64,000 nt of DNA from Planctomycetota bacterium (GCA_047638675.1 JBLIML010000003.1:20525-84524), one strand, 5' to 3'. Positions 1-9,743 are shown, counted from the stretch's first letter. The notes: generated by a model from the sequence alone, not told the origin. Translations and numbers: made by a program.

Positions 1-1
1 A

Positions 2-862
2 GCCTGTGTTGGCCTGGGCATGGGCGCTCTTTATGCGCTGATCATGGCAATACTCGGTGACAGTGACGATCCAGATCGGGCCTTTGGCCTAAAGCTTGGC
101 CTCGAAACGCTTCCCGGTGCAGCTCTGCTTTTTCTTCTACCAGCAGTTATTGTGCCTGAGTATGGTTTTAGCGGCGTTGTTCTTACTATGGCGGCGACTC
201 TTGTCGTACTTGGCTTGTCGAGTTTCTGGCTTCCTGTAAGCGGAATAAAAAAAGTGTCAGTAAACAACGAGAGTCGAACAACAGTATTTGGGAAAAGTCG
301 CTTACTGAGCTTTCTTGCTCTGTTTTCCAGTCTCTCTTTCTTCACCGGGATAGCTGCTTCATGGGCGTTTCTGGAATTACTCGCAAACACTCGCGCCTTA
401 CCCGCAAATGTCATAGGTACAACATTGGCTGTGGGATTTATTATATGTGGACTTGGTGGCTTTGCCGCTGCAGCTGTTGCCGATCGCTGGGGGCGTATCC
501 TGCCATTTGCAGCCATTATTTTGATTAACCTGCTCGGGCTCTGGGAGTTAGCGAATTTTGACGGAACGATCGGATACGCCATTGGAGCCAGCCTGTTTTT
601 ATTTTCCGTAAACTTCGGCCTGACCTATACATTTGGATTGACCTCACAAGTTGATCAAAGCGGAAAGCTGGTCGTACTATCAGCTGCGGTACTTTCGATT
701 GGCGGGGTAGTAGGTCCTTTTATATCCGGCCGACTTGTAGAAGTTATCGGTTATGGCGCCATGCTAGCTTTTTCTGCAAGCTGTTCCCTGATTGCCCTTA
801 CCGTCTATATCGGCGTAATCCATCTGCACCGCTTAGGTCAAATAGACAACGCGTTCAGTTAG
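2..862 (+). CDS. MFS-type transporter, C-terminal part (5' end lies outside the window)
   Basis: The frame is open from base 2. The sequence is a run of hydrophobic helices. It is paralogous to the MFS ORF at 8580-9743, sharing the loop motif DPDRxFG. Confidence 0.6.
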   Translation, partial: ACVGLGMGALYALIMAILGDSDDPDRAFGLKLGLETLPGAALLFLLPAVIVPEYGFSGVVLTMAATLVVLGLSSFWLPVSGIKKVSVNNESRTTVFGKSRLLSFLALFSSLSFFTGIAASWAFLELLANTRALPANVIGTTLAVGFIICGLGGFAAAAVADRWGRILPFAAIILINLLGLWELANFDGTIGYAIGASLFLFSVNFGLTYTFGLTSQVDQSGKLVVLSAAVLSIGGVVGPFISGRLVEVIGYGAMLAFSASCSLIALTVYIGVIHLHRLGQIDNAFS

Positions 863-864
863 TG

Positions 865-2952
865 TCAGTTACCTGCAAAATGTCGCAGCACATTCGAGGT
901 GATACGTGCAATGTCGTTGTCGCCATCGTCAACCATCAGGCAAGTGCTCCATGCCATAGAACTACTAGAGAATACTGCTCCGCCATTTGGCACTTCGTAG
1001 TAGGCAATGTCGCAGCGTACCTCACCCAGCACCTCACCGGTGCTCGGTAAATCTTCGGGCAAGTTTAAGGGAATTCCGTCGAACTCTTTGGCTGATGCTA
1101 AGCAAACCGTAGAAGTCGGAGAGCCGCGTCGATAGTCGATGCGATCGAATTCGAAACCTGCCGGGCCGCCCATTAGGTCACCGTCGGCGTAAATTTTATC
1201 ACCTTCAACTCCTTCAAATATCCAGGCAAACTCCGGCCGTTTGCTTTCTTCATTGCGGTAATAAGCGGCGGCGGGCCCAAAAACAACGCCAGCAGCACCT
1301 ACACCAAAGAGCGTATGTGGTTCCCTGCCACGTACAGCCCCCCAGCCTCCACCCGGTTCGCCGTCGGCAGCATGATATAACTCACCGGATTCCGAGTACC
1401 AGGGATCGAGACCGAATTTACCGCGCCGAACTTCAATCACATCGGGATTGGAAGGTAATATGGACGTAACTGTGTAATAACCTTGTCCGCCTATATACAT
1501 CAGATTCCCACTTTCCCGGGTATAGCTGCTGAGAGCATCCAGCATCTGGCCACTGCAGTATTCAGGGTGCTGACCGGTAAGGACTACATTGTATGGTTCA
1601 AGTGAACTCACGCCTTCCCAATGCAGGTCATGGTCAGTAATGATATCGAAGTCGATGCCGATATGATTCAACCAATCTGTAATGTACAGGTCAGCACTCA
1701 GTTGGTGAGGACCTTGCATCAAAGGGTGAATATAGCCGGGTCGCATGTTTACCATGGGTCTGGACCAACTGGAATGGCAGCATCCCGTGCGGTCTTTGTG
1801 GACATCATACACACTGAGTAAACCTTGCTTAGCGGTCCATAGATCGGTTTCGCCAATAATTTCGTCAAAGGTTTTGCCGGTAATATCCTTGATGGCCGGG
1901 CTTGGCCACCAGTGCCGTTCATTGGCGTAGGCTAAATGGCTAAAAGTAGGTAACAGAAATGCCACTTTGGCTTCAGGTCGTGCTGTTGCTGGTCGAATAA
2001 CAAAGGGAATGCAGTCGTAGCCGCCGTCACCCTCCATCTCTACGCCGTACATACCGGGTGCTAAATCGTTTGGTACTTCCCAGGTAATTGAAGGTTCCCA
2101 ATTTGCGTCTGTTAAATCATCGGAGTGAAAAGCAATTGCGCCATATTGCTCAGGTGCTTCAGTAAAACAAACGATTTTGCCTTGCCAGTTGTGTCCGGTC
2201 ATGGCGCGTTGAGGGCAATTTACCAGTTTGCCATGAAAGGCATTTTTTCCTCTATCGAGCACGACATCCGTGCTCTGTGCCCTGGAGAAATCCCAATTCG
2301 CGATCACTTCACTCTGGTTAGTGGTGATCCTGGGGCTTTCGATTTTGCCGTCGAATACTGCACTGATCTTGCTGTTTTGGCGACACGCCGCGATACAGAA
2401 AGTAGCGTCAGTCGCTATACTGCTTCCGACACCAGCCAGAGGCGTTTGGAAAAGTTCTATTTGATCAAATTCCAAACTCCGCAGTTCCATCTGGATAGCC
2501 TTGCTTTCGGACTCAAGGGACGCGCTAACTTCATACCAGCGTAAATCGTTAAGGGGCTTGTTACCGCTAACGCTTGTTCCGGCCCAACGGAACTCGATTG
2601 CTCCGTTTTTATTTATAAATAAACCATGCCCCGTATCCCAACACATTATGGCTTGATCTTCACCACGTTGCGATTGAGTTGGTCGAAAGAATGTTTTGAG
2701 TGAGGGGCAATCAGGCTTAGGGATGACTTTATCAAAATGAACATAACTGCCAGGCACCAGAGTCTGATGCTTACCGGGATATTGCCCGGCAAAGCTACTT
2801 TCGATTGGCTGATGTTGCTTTCGTTGACGGCTTAAACGAACGAGTCTGGCTTTAAAGGTGTCAGCATGAGTGCTGACCATAAAATGTATGTTTTCGCCGC
2901 GCCGGACACTCAGTTTATTACAGTAGCCAACAATTTTATCCGGGTTAGTCAT
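865..2952 (-). CDS. N,N-dimethylformamidase beta-subunit-like (DmfA2 family) amidase/hydrolase
   Basis: 695 aa. The N-terminus GYCNKLSVRRGENIHFMVS...ARLVRL and the C-terminal half (LPTFSHLAYANE, VVLTGQHPEY, MYIGGQGYY) match my recollection of the DmfA2 family. No search was run. Confidence 0.55.
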   Translation of the reverse strand: MTNPDKIVGYCNKLSVRRGENIHFMVSTHADTFKARLVRLSRQRKQHQPIESSFAGQYPGKHQTLVPGSYVHFDKVIPKPDCPSLKTFFRPTQSQRGEDQAIMCWDTGHGLFINKNGAIEFRWAGTSVSGNKPLNDLRWYEVSASLESESKAIQMELRSLEFDQIELFQTPLAGVGSSIATDATFCIAACRQNSKISAVFDGKIESPRITTNQSEVIANWDFSRAQSTDVVLDRGKNAFHGKLVNCPQRAMTGHNWQGKIVCFTEAPEQYGAIAFHSDDLTDANWEPSITWEVPNDLAPGMYGVEMEGDGGYDCIPFVIRPATARPEAKVAFLLPTFSHLAYANERHWWPSPAIKDITGKTFDEIIGETDLWTAKQGLLSVYDVHKDRTGCCHSSWSRPMVNMRPGYIHPLMQGPHQLSADLYITDWLNHIGIDFDIITDHDLHWEGVSSLEPYNVVLTGQHPEYCSGQMLDALSSYTRESGNLMYIGGQGYYTVTSILPSNPDVIEVRRGKFGLDPWYSESGELYHAADGEPGGGWGAVRGREPHTLFGVGAAGVVFGPAAAYYRNEESKRPEFAWIFEGVEGDKIYADGDLMGGPAGFEFDRIDYRRGSPTSTVCLASAKEFDGIPLNLPEDLPSTGEVLGEVRCDIAYYEVPNGGAVFSSSSMAWSTCLMVDDGDNDIARITSNVLRHFAGN

Positions 2953-3117
2953 AGATTGATTCCCATAAAAAGTGTCGCTTACGTACTGGTTTTTTAAACG
3001 AGACCCTGAACGACTCTCGTATTAATATCTATCCATTAGTGTTTAATGGCTTACTTTTTAATCTAATATTTCAGCACTTCCCTGTGCTTAATATTATTCT
3101 AAATAAATCAAATTTCC

Positions 3118-5529
3118 CTAAAAGTTATACTTTAATCGCAAGTACCACTCTGCAGGACGGGATGCTGTAGCAATAACGGATTCAGCGTCAGCTACGGTGG
3201 AAATACTGTAAATTTCATCCGTCAAGTTGGTGCCGCCCAGGCTGACAAGCCACTTTTCGTCAACGGTGGTGTAGGTCAGATTGGCATCGAGGTTGCCATA
3301 GCTTTTCTGAAATGCTCTCGGGTCGTTAGCAAAATCTTTCTGCTGAGAATCTGTCCAGTTGTAATCACCGCGTAAGGAAAGTCGACCAGACTCATTATCA
3401 AAGAAGGTCACTGTCCCGCCGAAATGTAGAGTAAGTTCTGGCGTTTGTTGAAATATAAAAGTATCTGCATTAGGGAAGTTGGCGAGCGCGTCAGGAGTAA
3501 AAGTGTCGTACTCCGCATCCATATATCCCAGGCTTGCCTGAATATCCAGCCAATCAGTTGGCACAGCAACGATCTCCACTTCAGCACCTTTAATAGTCGC
3601 CGTTCCGGCATTGGCCAGTGTGGGAACCGTCAGCGGACCTCCCACGTTAACGTTGAGAGTTACCTGAAGATCTTCGTAATCAACATAGAACAGCGAGGCG
3701 TTCACTCGCAACTTATTGTCGAGTAACTCACTCTTAAAACCTATTTCATAGGAGGTTGCCGTTTCAGGGTCCGCATACCCAATAACATCATCGGGGGTTA
3801 AACCTGGTGGTGGAGTTACTGCAGGGAAGTATCTCATAGAAAAGCCACCACCTTTAAAACCTTCAGAGAATGATGCATACACCATCAGATCATCCGTATA
3901 CTGATAGCTCAAGCTAGCCATGGGCGTGAAGTCGTCATTGCTACGCTTGAACGGGCCGCCTGGGAAAATCTGAGTACCTAAAGCACCAAAAGCGCCGTCG
4001 AGGACATTTACATACCCCGGAATAGGACCCGCGATTGAATTAGGGTCGGTATACCTGTGTATTATCTGCAAGCTAGGATCAAAGGATCGGGTTTCATCTG
4101 TATAGCGTACGCCAGCGGTTAACGAGAGCTGATCCGTAATATCATAGGTACCCTGAGCAAACACTGCCCAACTTTCGTTGTCTATGAGACCACCACTGTC
4201 AAAACCAAAGTCTCTAAACAAGACCGGGAATACCTGACTACCTTCCTCTGTACTATAATAGAAACCTGCCATGTAATTGAGTCGTCCATCAAAGGCCTCG
4301 CTGGAAATCTGCAGCTCCTGGCTAAAAGTCTCCAATTCGATCTCCTGTGCGACTGTGGAGTAACGGTAGGCATTTACAGAAAGATTCTGATCCACGTCAA
4401 CTTCTACCTCTCGATACGCGCTAATGGACTTCAGGTTAAAATTCCCAACTTCCCAGTCCAGGGTTAGCCCCAGGCCGCGAATGTCTGCATTGGATTGGTT
4501 CGGCCCATACCCGGTAGTTTTTAAATCGTCAAGTTCAAATTCGTATTGTGCATTGTAGCAAATCGGGTTTGAAAGTCGTGCCGCGCCTGCTGCTATAGCG
4601 CACTCACCAGTGCTAACCCCGGCGTTATTATGAAGGCCGGCAAGACCGGCGGTCTCGTCCGTTGCTAACAGGAATTGCCCCGGTGTTTCTTCTCTGATTA
4701 CAGACGTATCAGCTGTTATGGTTGCCATTAAATCAGGGGTGATATCCCACTCCAGCGCTAAACGGCCACCCATACGATCAACATTGCCCTGGGTTTCACC
4801 AGTTTTGGCTGCGATTTGAGGACTAACGTCAATGGCGAGACGGTCGACATGGCCGTCGCGGTTTTGAGTTGACAAGGACAAACGGCCACGGAGCGTGTCA
4901 GTCATAGGACCCGAAACAAATAGCCTTCCATCTATGCGATCATAATCGCCAACAGTCACTTCAGCGCCCCCTTCAAACTCCTCTGTGGGTCGCTTGGAAG
5001 TAATTGAAATCGCACCGCCGATCGTATTCCTGCCAAAAAGTGTCCCCTGAGGTCCGCGTAAAACTTCGATCTGCTCGGCATCGACAGTACTCAGCAGAGA
5101 ACCCACGGATTTACCTATATAAACACCATCAAGGTAAACACCGACACCGGGCTCAACCGTAATAACATGGTCTGATTGACCAATACCCCGAATATAAACT
5201 TGTGTCGATGCGCCGCCGCCAGATTCAGTTGCGACAGAGTCAAATTGTACGTTTGGCGTATATTTACCAACATCAGTCGTCCGCAGGACGCCACGTGTCT
5301 CTAATTGCTGGGCGCTAAATGCAGACACAGAGATTGGTGTGTCTTGCAAGGATTCCGCCCGTCGTCGGGCCGTAACAACGATTTCCTCAAGCGCCCCCTT
5401 TCTTTCTGCTGATGTGCCTGAAGTGCCTTGGCCGTATACGGTCATGGACGCTGCCGCGAAAACCAACCCCAGCCCCGTAACTTGTAGAAAGCCTGTAATT
5501 GAAGCCAATATGGAAATGTCTTTACTCAT
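3118..5529 (-). CDS. TonB-dependent outer-membrane receptor
   Basis: 803 aa with a signal peptide and a plug region (EEIVVTARRRAESLQDTPISVSAF, LRGPQGTLFGRNTIGGAI). It has a long beta-barrel and a terminal aromatic residue (...LRLKYNF). Confidence 0.9.
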   Translation of the reverse strand: MSKDISILASITGFLQVTGLGLVFAAASMTVYGQGTSGTSAERKGALEEIVVTARRRAESLQDTPISVSAFSAQQLETRGVLRTTDVGKYTPNVQFDSVATESGGGASTQVYIRGIGQSDHVITVEPGVGVYLDGVYIGKSVGSLLSTVDAEQIEVLRGPQGTLFGRNTIGGAISITSKRPTEEFEGGAEVTVGDYDRIDGRLFVSGPMTDTLRGRLSLSTQNRDGHVDRLAIDVSPQIAAKTGETQGNVDRMGGRLALEWDITPDLMATITADTSVIREETPGQFLLATDETAGLAGLHNNAGVSTGECAIAAGAARLSNPICYNAQYEFELDDLKTTGYGPNQSNADIRGLGLTLDWEVGNFNLKSISAYREVEVDVDQNLSVNAYRYSTVAQEIELETFSQELQISSEAFDGRLNYMAGFYYSTEEGSQVFPVLFRDFGFDSGGLIDNESWAVFAQGTYDITDQLSLTAGVRYTDETRSFDPSLQIIHRYTDPNSIAGPIPGYVNVLDGAFGALGTQIFPGGPFKRSNDDFTPMASLSYQYTDDLMVYASFSEGFKGGGFSMRYFPAVTPPPGLTPDDVIGYADPETATSYEIGFKSELLDNKLRVNASLFYVDYEDLQVTLNVNVGGPLTVPTLANAGTATIKGAEVEIVAVPTDWLDIQASLGYMDAEYDTFTPDALANFPNADTFIFQQTPELTLHFGGTVTFFDNESGRLSLRGDYNWTDSQQKDFANDPRAFQKSYGNLDANLTYTTVDEKWLVSLGGTNLTDEIYSISTVADAESVIATASRPAEWYLRLKYNF

Positions 5530-5578
5530 AAGGATTTACCCCACTTAAGATTGCGAAATCGCCTAAAATTGTGTTATT

Positions 5579-5594
5579 TGACATTAATGTGTCA
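5579..5594. promoter_or_regulatory. Inverted repeat TGACA-N6-TGTCA, candidate TetR operator in the receptor leader
   Basis: TGACAttaatgTGTCA read directly. It lies between the predicted minus-strand promoter and the receptor start codon, in the divergent TetR/receptor intergenic region. Confidence 0.25.
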
Positions 5595-5608
5595 GGTGAC
5601 GAGTATTG

Positions 5609-5637
5609 AAAATAAAACAGTCGGCTGATGATGTCAA
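5609..5637 (-). promoter_or_regulatory. Sigma70-like promoter for the TonB-dependent receptor gene
   Basis: On the minus strand: TTGACA (5637-5632), a 17-nt spacer, then TATTTT (5614-5609). This is about 80 nt upstream of the start at 5529. Confidence 0.35.
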
Positions 5638-5846
5638 GAATTTATAGAGATAGACAATTATGCCTGCCGACCGCTCTGCTAAGCTAGCCTAATGACGCAA
5701 GGCTTATCCTCTCAGTGCAATCTCATCCTCAAATGATTTTGCAATTTATAGCGTTCCTGAGCTGATATGTAATTGAGAGGGATTTCAGGTACTACTGTAG
5801 GAATTAAATTTGCATAAAAAAAACAAATCGATACTGTGTACGCAAA

Positions 5847-6485
5847 ATGAAAATGCGAAATAATCCTCCGAAAATACCCGTCTCGTCACCGGGGACAGCT
5901 ATCTATCCAAAAGGTATGCAGAAAGTACAGGATATACTCACGACTGCAGCTGAAGTTCTGGCCGACGAAGGCTATAGCGCCTTTACCATGCGTAACATTG
6001 CCTCAAGATTAGGAATCACCCTGCGGAATCTACAATATTATTTTCCAACCAAGCGAGACCTCTTTCAGGCTGTCGTTGAGAAAATGACCGACATGGAGCT
6101 GGAAACAGCAGGGATTGCAGTGGAATCACCCGGTTTGAACGCGGAAGAACGTTTATCTGCATTCATTGATTACAGTATCAAGGATAATGAAACGCCACTT
6201 GTTCGAGGTTTCCAGTTTGAACTATGGGCCCTTGCGACACGGGACGATTTTGCGGCGGAATGTCGTGACCGTATGACATCCACCTACTGTGAGTATATTT
6301 ATACCCTTGTCAAACCGCTTACACCAGGCCTCTCGAGTCGGCAACAACGCATCAAATCTGCCCTGATCCTTGCCATGCTGCAGGGCACACCATTGATTCA
6401 CAGTGAAGGTGTGAACAAAAAATACCAGATCAAAAATATCGCTGTTAAAGTAAAACAGGAAGTGCGGAACATCCTTCATAATTAA
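5847..6485 (+). CDS. TetR/AcrR family transcriptional regulator
   Basis: 212 aa with an N-terminal HTH (FTMRNIASRLGITLRNLQYYFPTKRDLF). It is divergent from the receptor gene. The true start could be the internal Met at 5916. Confidence 0.85.
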   Translation: MKMRNNPPKIPVSSPGTAIYPKGMQKVQDILTTAAEVLADEGYSAFTMRNIASRLGITLRNLQYYFPTKRDLFQAVVEKMTDMELETAGIAVESPGLNAEERLSAFIDYSIKDNETPLVRGFQFELWALATRDDFAAECRDRMTSTYCEYIYTLVKPLTPGLSSRQQRIKSALILAMLQGTPLIHSEGVNKKYQIKNIAVKVKQEVRNILHN

Positions 6486-6637
6486 GTTCCTGGTTTAATA
6501 CACTCTAGTTTCCTTAATCGGTCAGTTATGTCGAATTGACCTTCCTTTTGTTCCTGGCGCCTTGCACTAAAGGTGTCATCTGACTAATATTAGCCTGTTG
6601 CATGTTTTTGTTATGGTTCCAACCGGGAAGAATTCAG

Positions 6638-6979
6638 ATGACTGATAAATATGAACTCTATGATTTAAAGGTGGAAGTTATCGCCAGTGATGACGGTAAA
6701 CCCATGGTCTGCCAGCACCACCTGGGTGATTACTTCACTGTCACGGATGATGATCTCATCGAATTCCCTGCTGGCGTGCGCTTCCCCATGTTTGCTCTGG
6801 CTGCCATTTTGCCAATCTTGCCCGCCAAGCAAAGAGAAACAACGAAGTACGACTGGATGAGCACCGATGCGATCATTGCCTGCCCGGATCCCAACTGCGG
6901 CGGACGCTTTTTGATTACTCGCGAAGGGAAAAAGATTTATCGTCATAGTGAAAACACGGCAACACCCACCCCGGAATAA
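6638..6979 (+). CDS. TIGR04076-family small protein (function unknown)
   Basis: About 113 aa from the Met at 6638. The pattern C-x3-GDxF ... F-x-A ... CPDP ... F-I-R matches my recollection of TIGR04076. It sits 27 nt upstream of the aldo/keto reductase. Confidence 0.5.
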   Translation: MTDKYELYDLKVEVIASDDGKPMVCQHHLGDYFTVTDDDLIEFPAGVRFPMFALAAILPILPAKQRETTKYDWMSTDAIIACPDPNCGGRFLITREGKKIYRHSENTATPTPE

Positions 6980-7005
6980 AAACACGAATTGAGAGGTATT
7001 TAACG

Positions 7006-8136
7006 ATGGAAACCATAGATCTGAGACCCGATTATACGATTCCTCGTCTGTTGAAGGGCAACTGGCAGATCGCCGAAGACCACAGTGACAGGGAATTTCA
7101 TGAAAAAGAGTTGATGGAAGATCTTATTACCTTTGCCGAAGCCGGTATGACCACCTATGTCTGTGGTGATATCTATGTGGGTGTGGAGGCGAAGTTGGGT
7201 AAGTTCCGACAGTTATACAAGGATCGTTATGGCGAAAAAGCGGCAAATAAAATAAAGGTTTTTACTACCTATGTGCCCTACTTCCTGGAAGAAGAGAAGC
7301 TCAGAAACCATAGTTTCGTCGACGTGGAAAAGATCGTAAACCGTTCTCTCGAACGACTTCAACAAGATAGCATTGACCTCGTCCAGATGCACTGGTGGGA
7401 GTGGTCGATACCTGGTCACGTGGAGATGGCTCTGCACCTGCAGAAACTTCAGAAAGTGGGAAAGATAGACAAGCTGGCGGTAACCAACTACGACGTCAAG
7501 CAAACGAAAGAAGTCCTGGATGCGGGTGTGGATCTGGTGTCCAACACGGTACAGTATTCATTGACGGATCGGCGACCTGAGAATGGTATGGTGCAGCTTT
7601 GCGCAGAAAACAATATGAAACTTCTTTGCTACGGTGCCCTCGGCGGCGGCCTCTTTAGTGACAAGTGGCTGGGTATTCCTGATCCTGGCAAGCCCGCCTT
7701 CGAAAACGTATCCCTCGACAAGTACTACCGCATCATCTGCGATTTCGGTGGTTGGACCTTGTTCCAGCGTCTGCTACAGGTACTGAAGGATATCGCAGTC
7801 AAACACAAGATCAGCATCGGTAACGTGGCCGTGCGTTACATACTGGAGCGAGACCAGGTGGGCGCGGTCATTGTTGGGGCAAGACACGCCCGACACCTCA
7901 AGGAAAACCTGCGGGTGTTCGACTTTTCCCTGGATGAAGAGGATTACAAGCAACTCAATGCCATTCTTGCCGAAAACATCGGACCTAAGGGAGACATCTA
8001 TAGCGTAGACAGGGAAGAGAATCGAGATGCACTGGAGGAACCGAAAACGGAATACTTCGATGTGGAGGGCGGCAAGTTGATAAAGAAGACCCGTGAGCCC
8101 GTCACTGTATCCGAACCCTATGGCCATCATATATAG
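7006..8136 (+). CDS. Aldo/keto reductase family oxidoreductase
   Basis: 376 aa with AKR-like blocks (DLVQMHWWEW, KLAVTNYD, YSLTDRRPE, LCYGALGGG). Confidence 0.8.
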   Translation: METIDLRPDYTIPRLLKGNWQIAEDHSDREFHEKELMEDLITFAEAGMTTYVCGDIYVGVEAKLGKFRQLYKDRYGEKAANKIKVFTTYVPYFLEEEKLRNHSFVDVEKIVNRSLERLQQDSIDLVQMHWWEWSIPGHVEMALHLQKLQKVGKIDKLAVTNYDVKQTKEVLDAGVDLVSNTVQYSLTDRRPENGMVQLCAENNMKLLCYGALGGGLFSDKWLGIPDPGKPAFENVSLDKYYRIICDFGGWTLFQRLLQVLKDIAVKHKISIGNVAVRYILERDQVGAVIVGARHARHLKENLRVFDFSLDEEDYKQLNAILAENIGPKGDIYSVDREENRDALEEPKTEYFDVEGGKLIKKTREPVTVSEPYGHHI

Positions 8137-8159
8137 GAACAATAGTAGCTAATTAAATA

Positions 8160-8415
8160 GGGTCTTCAGTAGAATCTGTGGGTTAACAGGAAAGGCAGAT
8201 AAATAACACCGTCATTCCCGCGTGCTTTTGGCGGAAATCCAGTTAAACAATTGATTCAATTTATCTCGTCCCAGCATTTACACAACGGGATACTCACTCA
8301 TCCTGGTTCCTCTTTCTCCATGGATTCCCGCCAAAAGCACGCGGGAATGACGAGCTTTGTTTTTCCAAGCTTAAAAGAATATTATATTTTCACCCACAGA
8401 TTCTGCTGAAGACCC
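8160..8415. mobile_element. MITE-like nested palindromic element, copy 1 (256 bp)
   Basis: Terminal inverted repeats are GGGTCTTCAGTAGAATCTGTGGGT and ACCCACAGATTCTGCTGAAGACCC. An internal inverted pair is GTCATTCCCGCGTGCTTTTGGCGG / CCGCCAAAAGCACGCGGGAATGAC. There is no ORF. The element is flanked by an identical ATTAAATA at 8152-8159 and 8416-8423. Confidence 0.8.
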
Positions 8416-8579
8416 ATTAAATAATACCTTGGCCTGCTACTATTCTCAAACGTCTAAGCGCGCGCGAAACAGTTGAGATATTCTAACGGTTATAAGCTTG
8501 ACGCAAGAGATCATGAAAAGCTGGTTTATGTAATGCGTAAGTATGGTCGGATACAAAAAAATTGGATCTGATTGGCACA

Positions 8580-9743
8580 CTATGCACTGACACTCCGCGA
8601 TAACGATAACCTGAAAATCAAAACCAGGCTTAACCCTACAAATCCACAACAAAGCCACAGAGCCAAATTAATGTTGTCTGGTGAATAAACACTCGCCACC
8701 ATTGCCGGACCAAGTGCAAGACCAATACCGACGAAACCATTAGTACTGGCAACCAGCCGCCCGGTGGTATCGACAGATGCAATACACGCCAGCATATAGG
8801 GCAATACGAAATTCCACGCAAAGTTGAATATACATGCTGCAATAATGTACGTGGAATATGTGATTGAAGTAGTGAGAATGCTTATGCCCACTATCGTAAG
8901 AATATGCCCTGTTAAAACTGGTAGAAATCGGCCATATTTGGCCGTAAGTATCGTTGCAAGCCCTGCACCCAGTAGACCCAGAACGGAAGATATTGCAAGA
9001 GCATTCCCTATCAATTCACCACTTAATCCTGCACCATCACCTAAACGTTCTATGTATGCCCAAACCCCGGTGACACCAATGTAGTATGACAGCATTGAAA
9101 TCAAACCAAGCAGTGCCCAGAAAAGTCTTCTGTATTCTGTAGGGGTGTAAGCTGTCTTATTAACATCTTGTTTTCCATACTCGGGGAGGTAGTGAACAAA
9201 GAAGCTGAAAATAAGCATTGCTAAAGCAATAGTCCCGTAAGCAAAACCCAATCCAAGAACCGGTAGTATTCGTGATAAGAGTACAATAGCAATAGTCTGG
9301 TAGAGTAAATTCCCCATGATTAAAAAACCAAAACCTCTATCCGGGTCTTTCATCAAGTGAATTGTCACGATGCATATAACCATACACGTACCTGCAAAGG
9401 TACCTGTGACCAATCGCAGTAATAAAAGTAATTCAAAACTGTCAACCAGGATGGTGCCCAAATTACCTATAGCTACAGCAATCATTGCAACCCGCGCAAC
9501 TTTCCGCCAGTTTATTTTCCCTACCCACCATAATGCCAGCAGACTACCGAGCCCCATACCCCCGAGGTCCGCAGACATCACGTATCCAGCCTGTGCTTCT
9601 GAAAAACCCAGTTGAGTTACAATTGCGCCGACAAGTACTGGTGCCTCTAAAAGAATAGCAGCACCAAACGCACCCAGAAGAACAATGAATGCGATTGTCT
9701 TAGGACTATTTACTTCATATTGGTTAATATTTTTTGTCGTCAT
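8580..9743 (-). CDS. MFS transporter
   Basis: 387 aa with about 12 predicted TM helices. It is a paralog of the partial ORF at 2-862. Confidence 0.75.
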   Translation of the reverse strand: MTTKNINQYEVNSPKTIAFIVLLGAFGAAILLEAPVLVGAIVTQLGFSEAQAGYVMSADLGGMGLGSLLALWWVGKINWRKVARVAMIAVAIGNLGTILVDSFELLLLLRLVTGTFAGTCMVICIVTIHLMKDPDRGFGFLIMGNLLYQTIAIVLLSRILPVLGLGFAYGTIALAMLIFSFFVHYLPEYGKQDVNKTAYTPTEYRRLFWALLGLISMLSYYIGVTGVWAYIERLGDGAGLSGELIGNALAISSVLGLLGAGLATILTAKYGRFLPVLTGHILTIVGISILTTSITYSTYIIAACIFNFAWNFVLPYMLACIASVDTTGRLVASTNGFVGIGLALGPAMVASVYSPDNINLALWLCCGFVGLSLVLIFRLSLSRSVSA

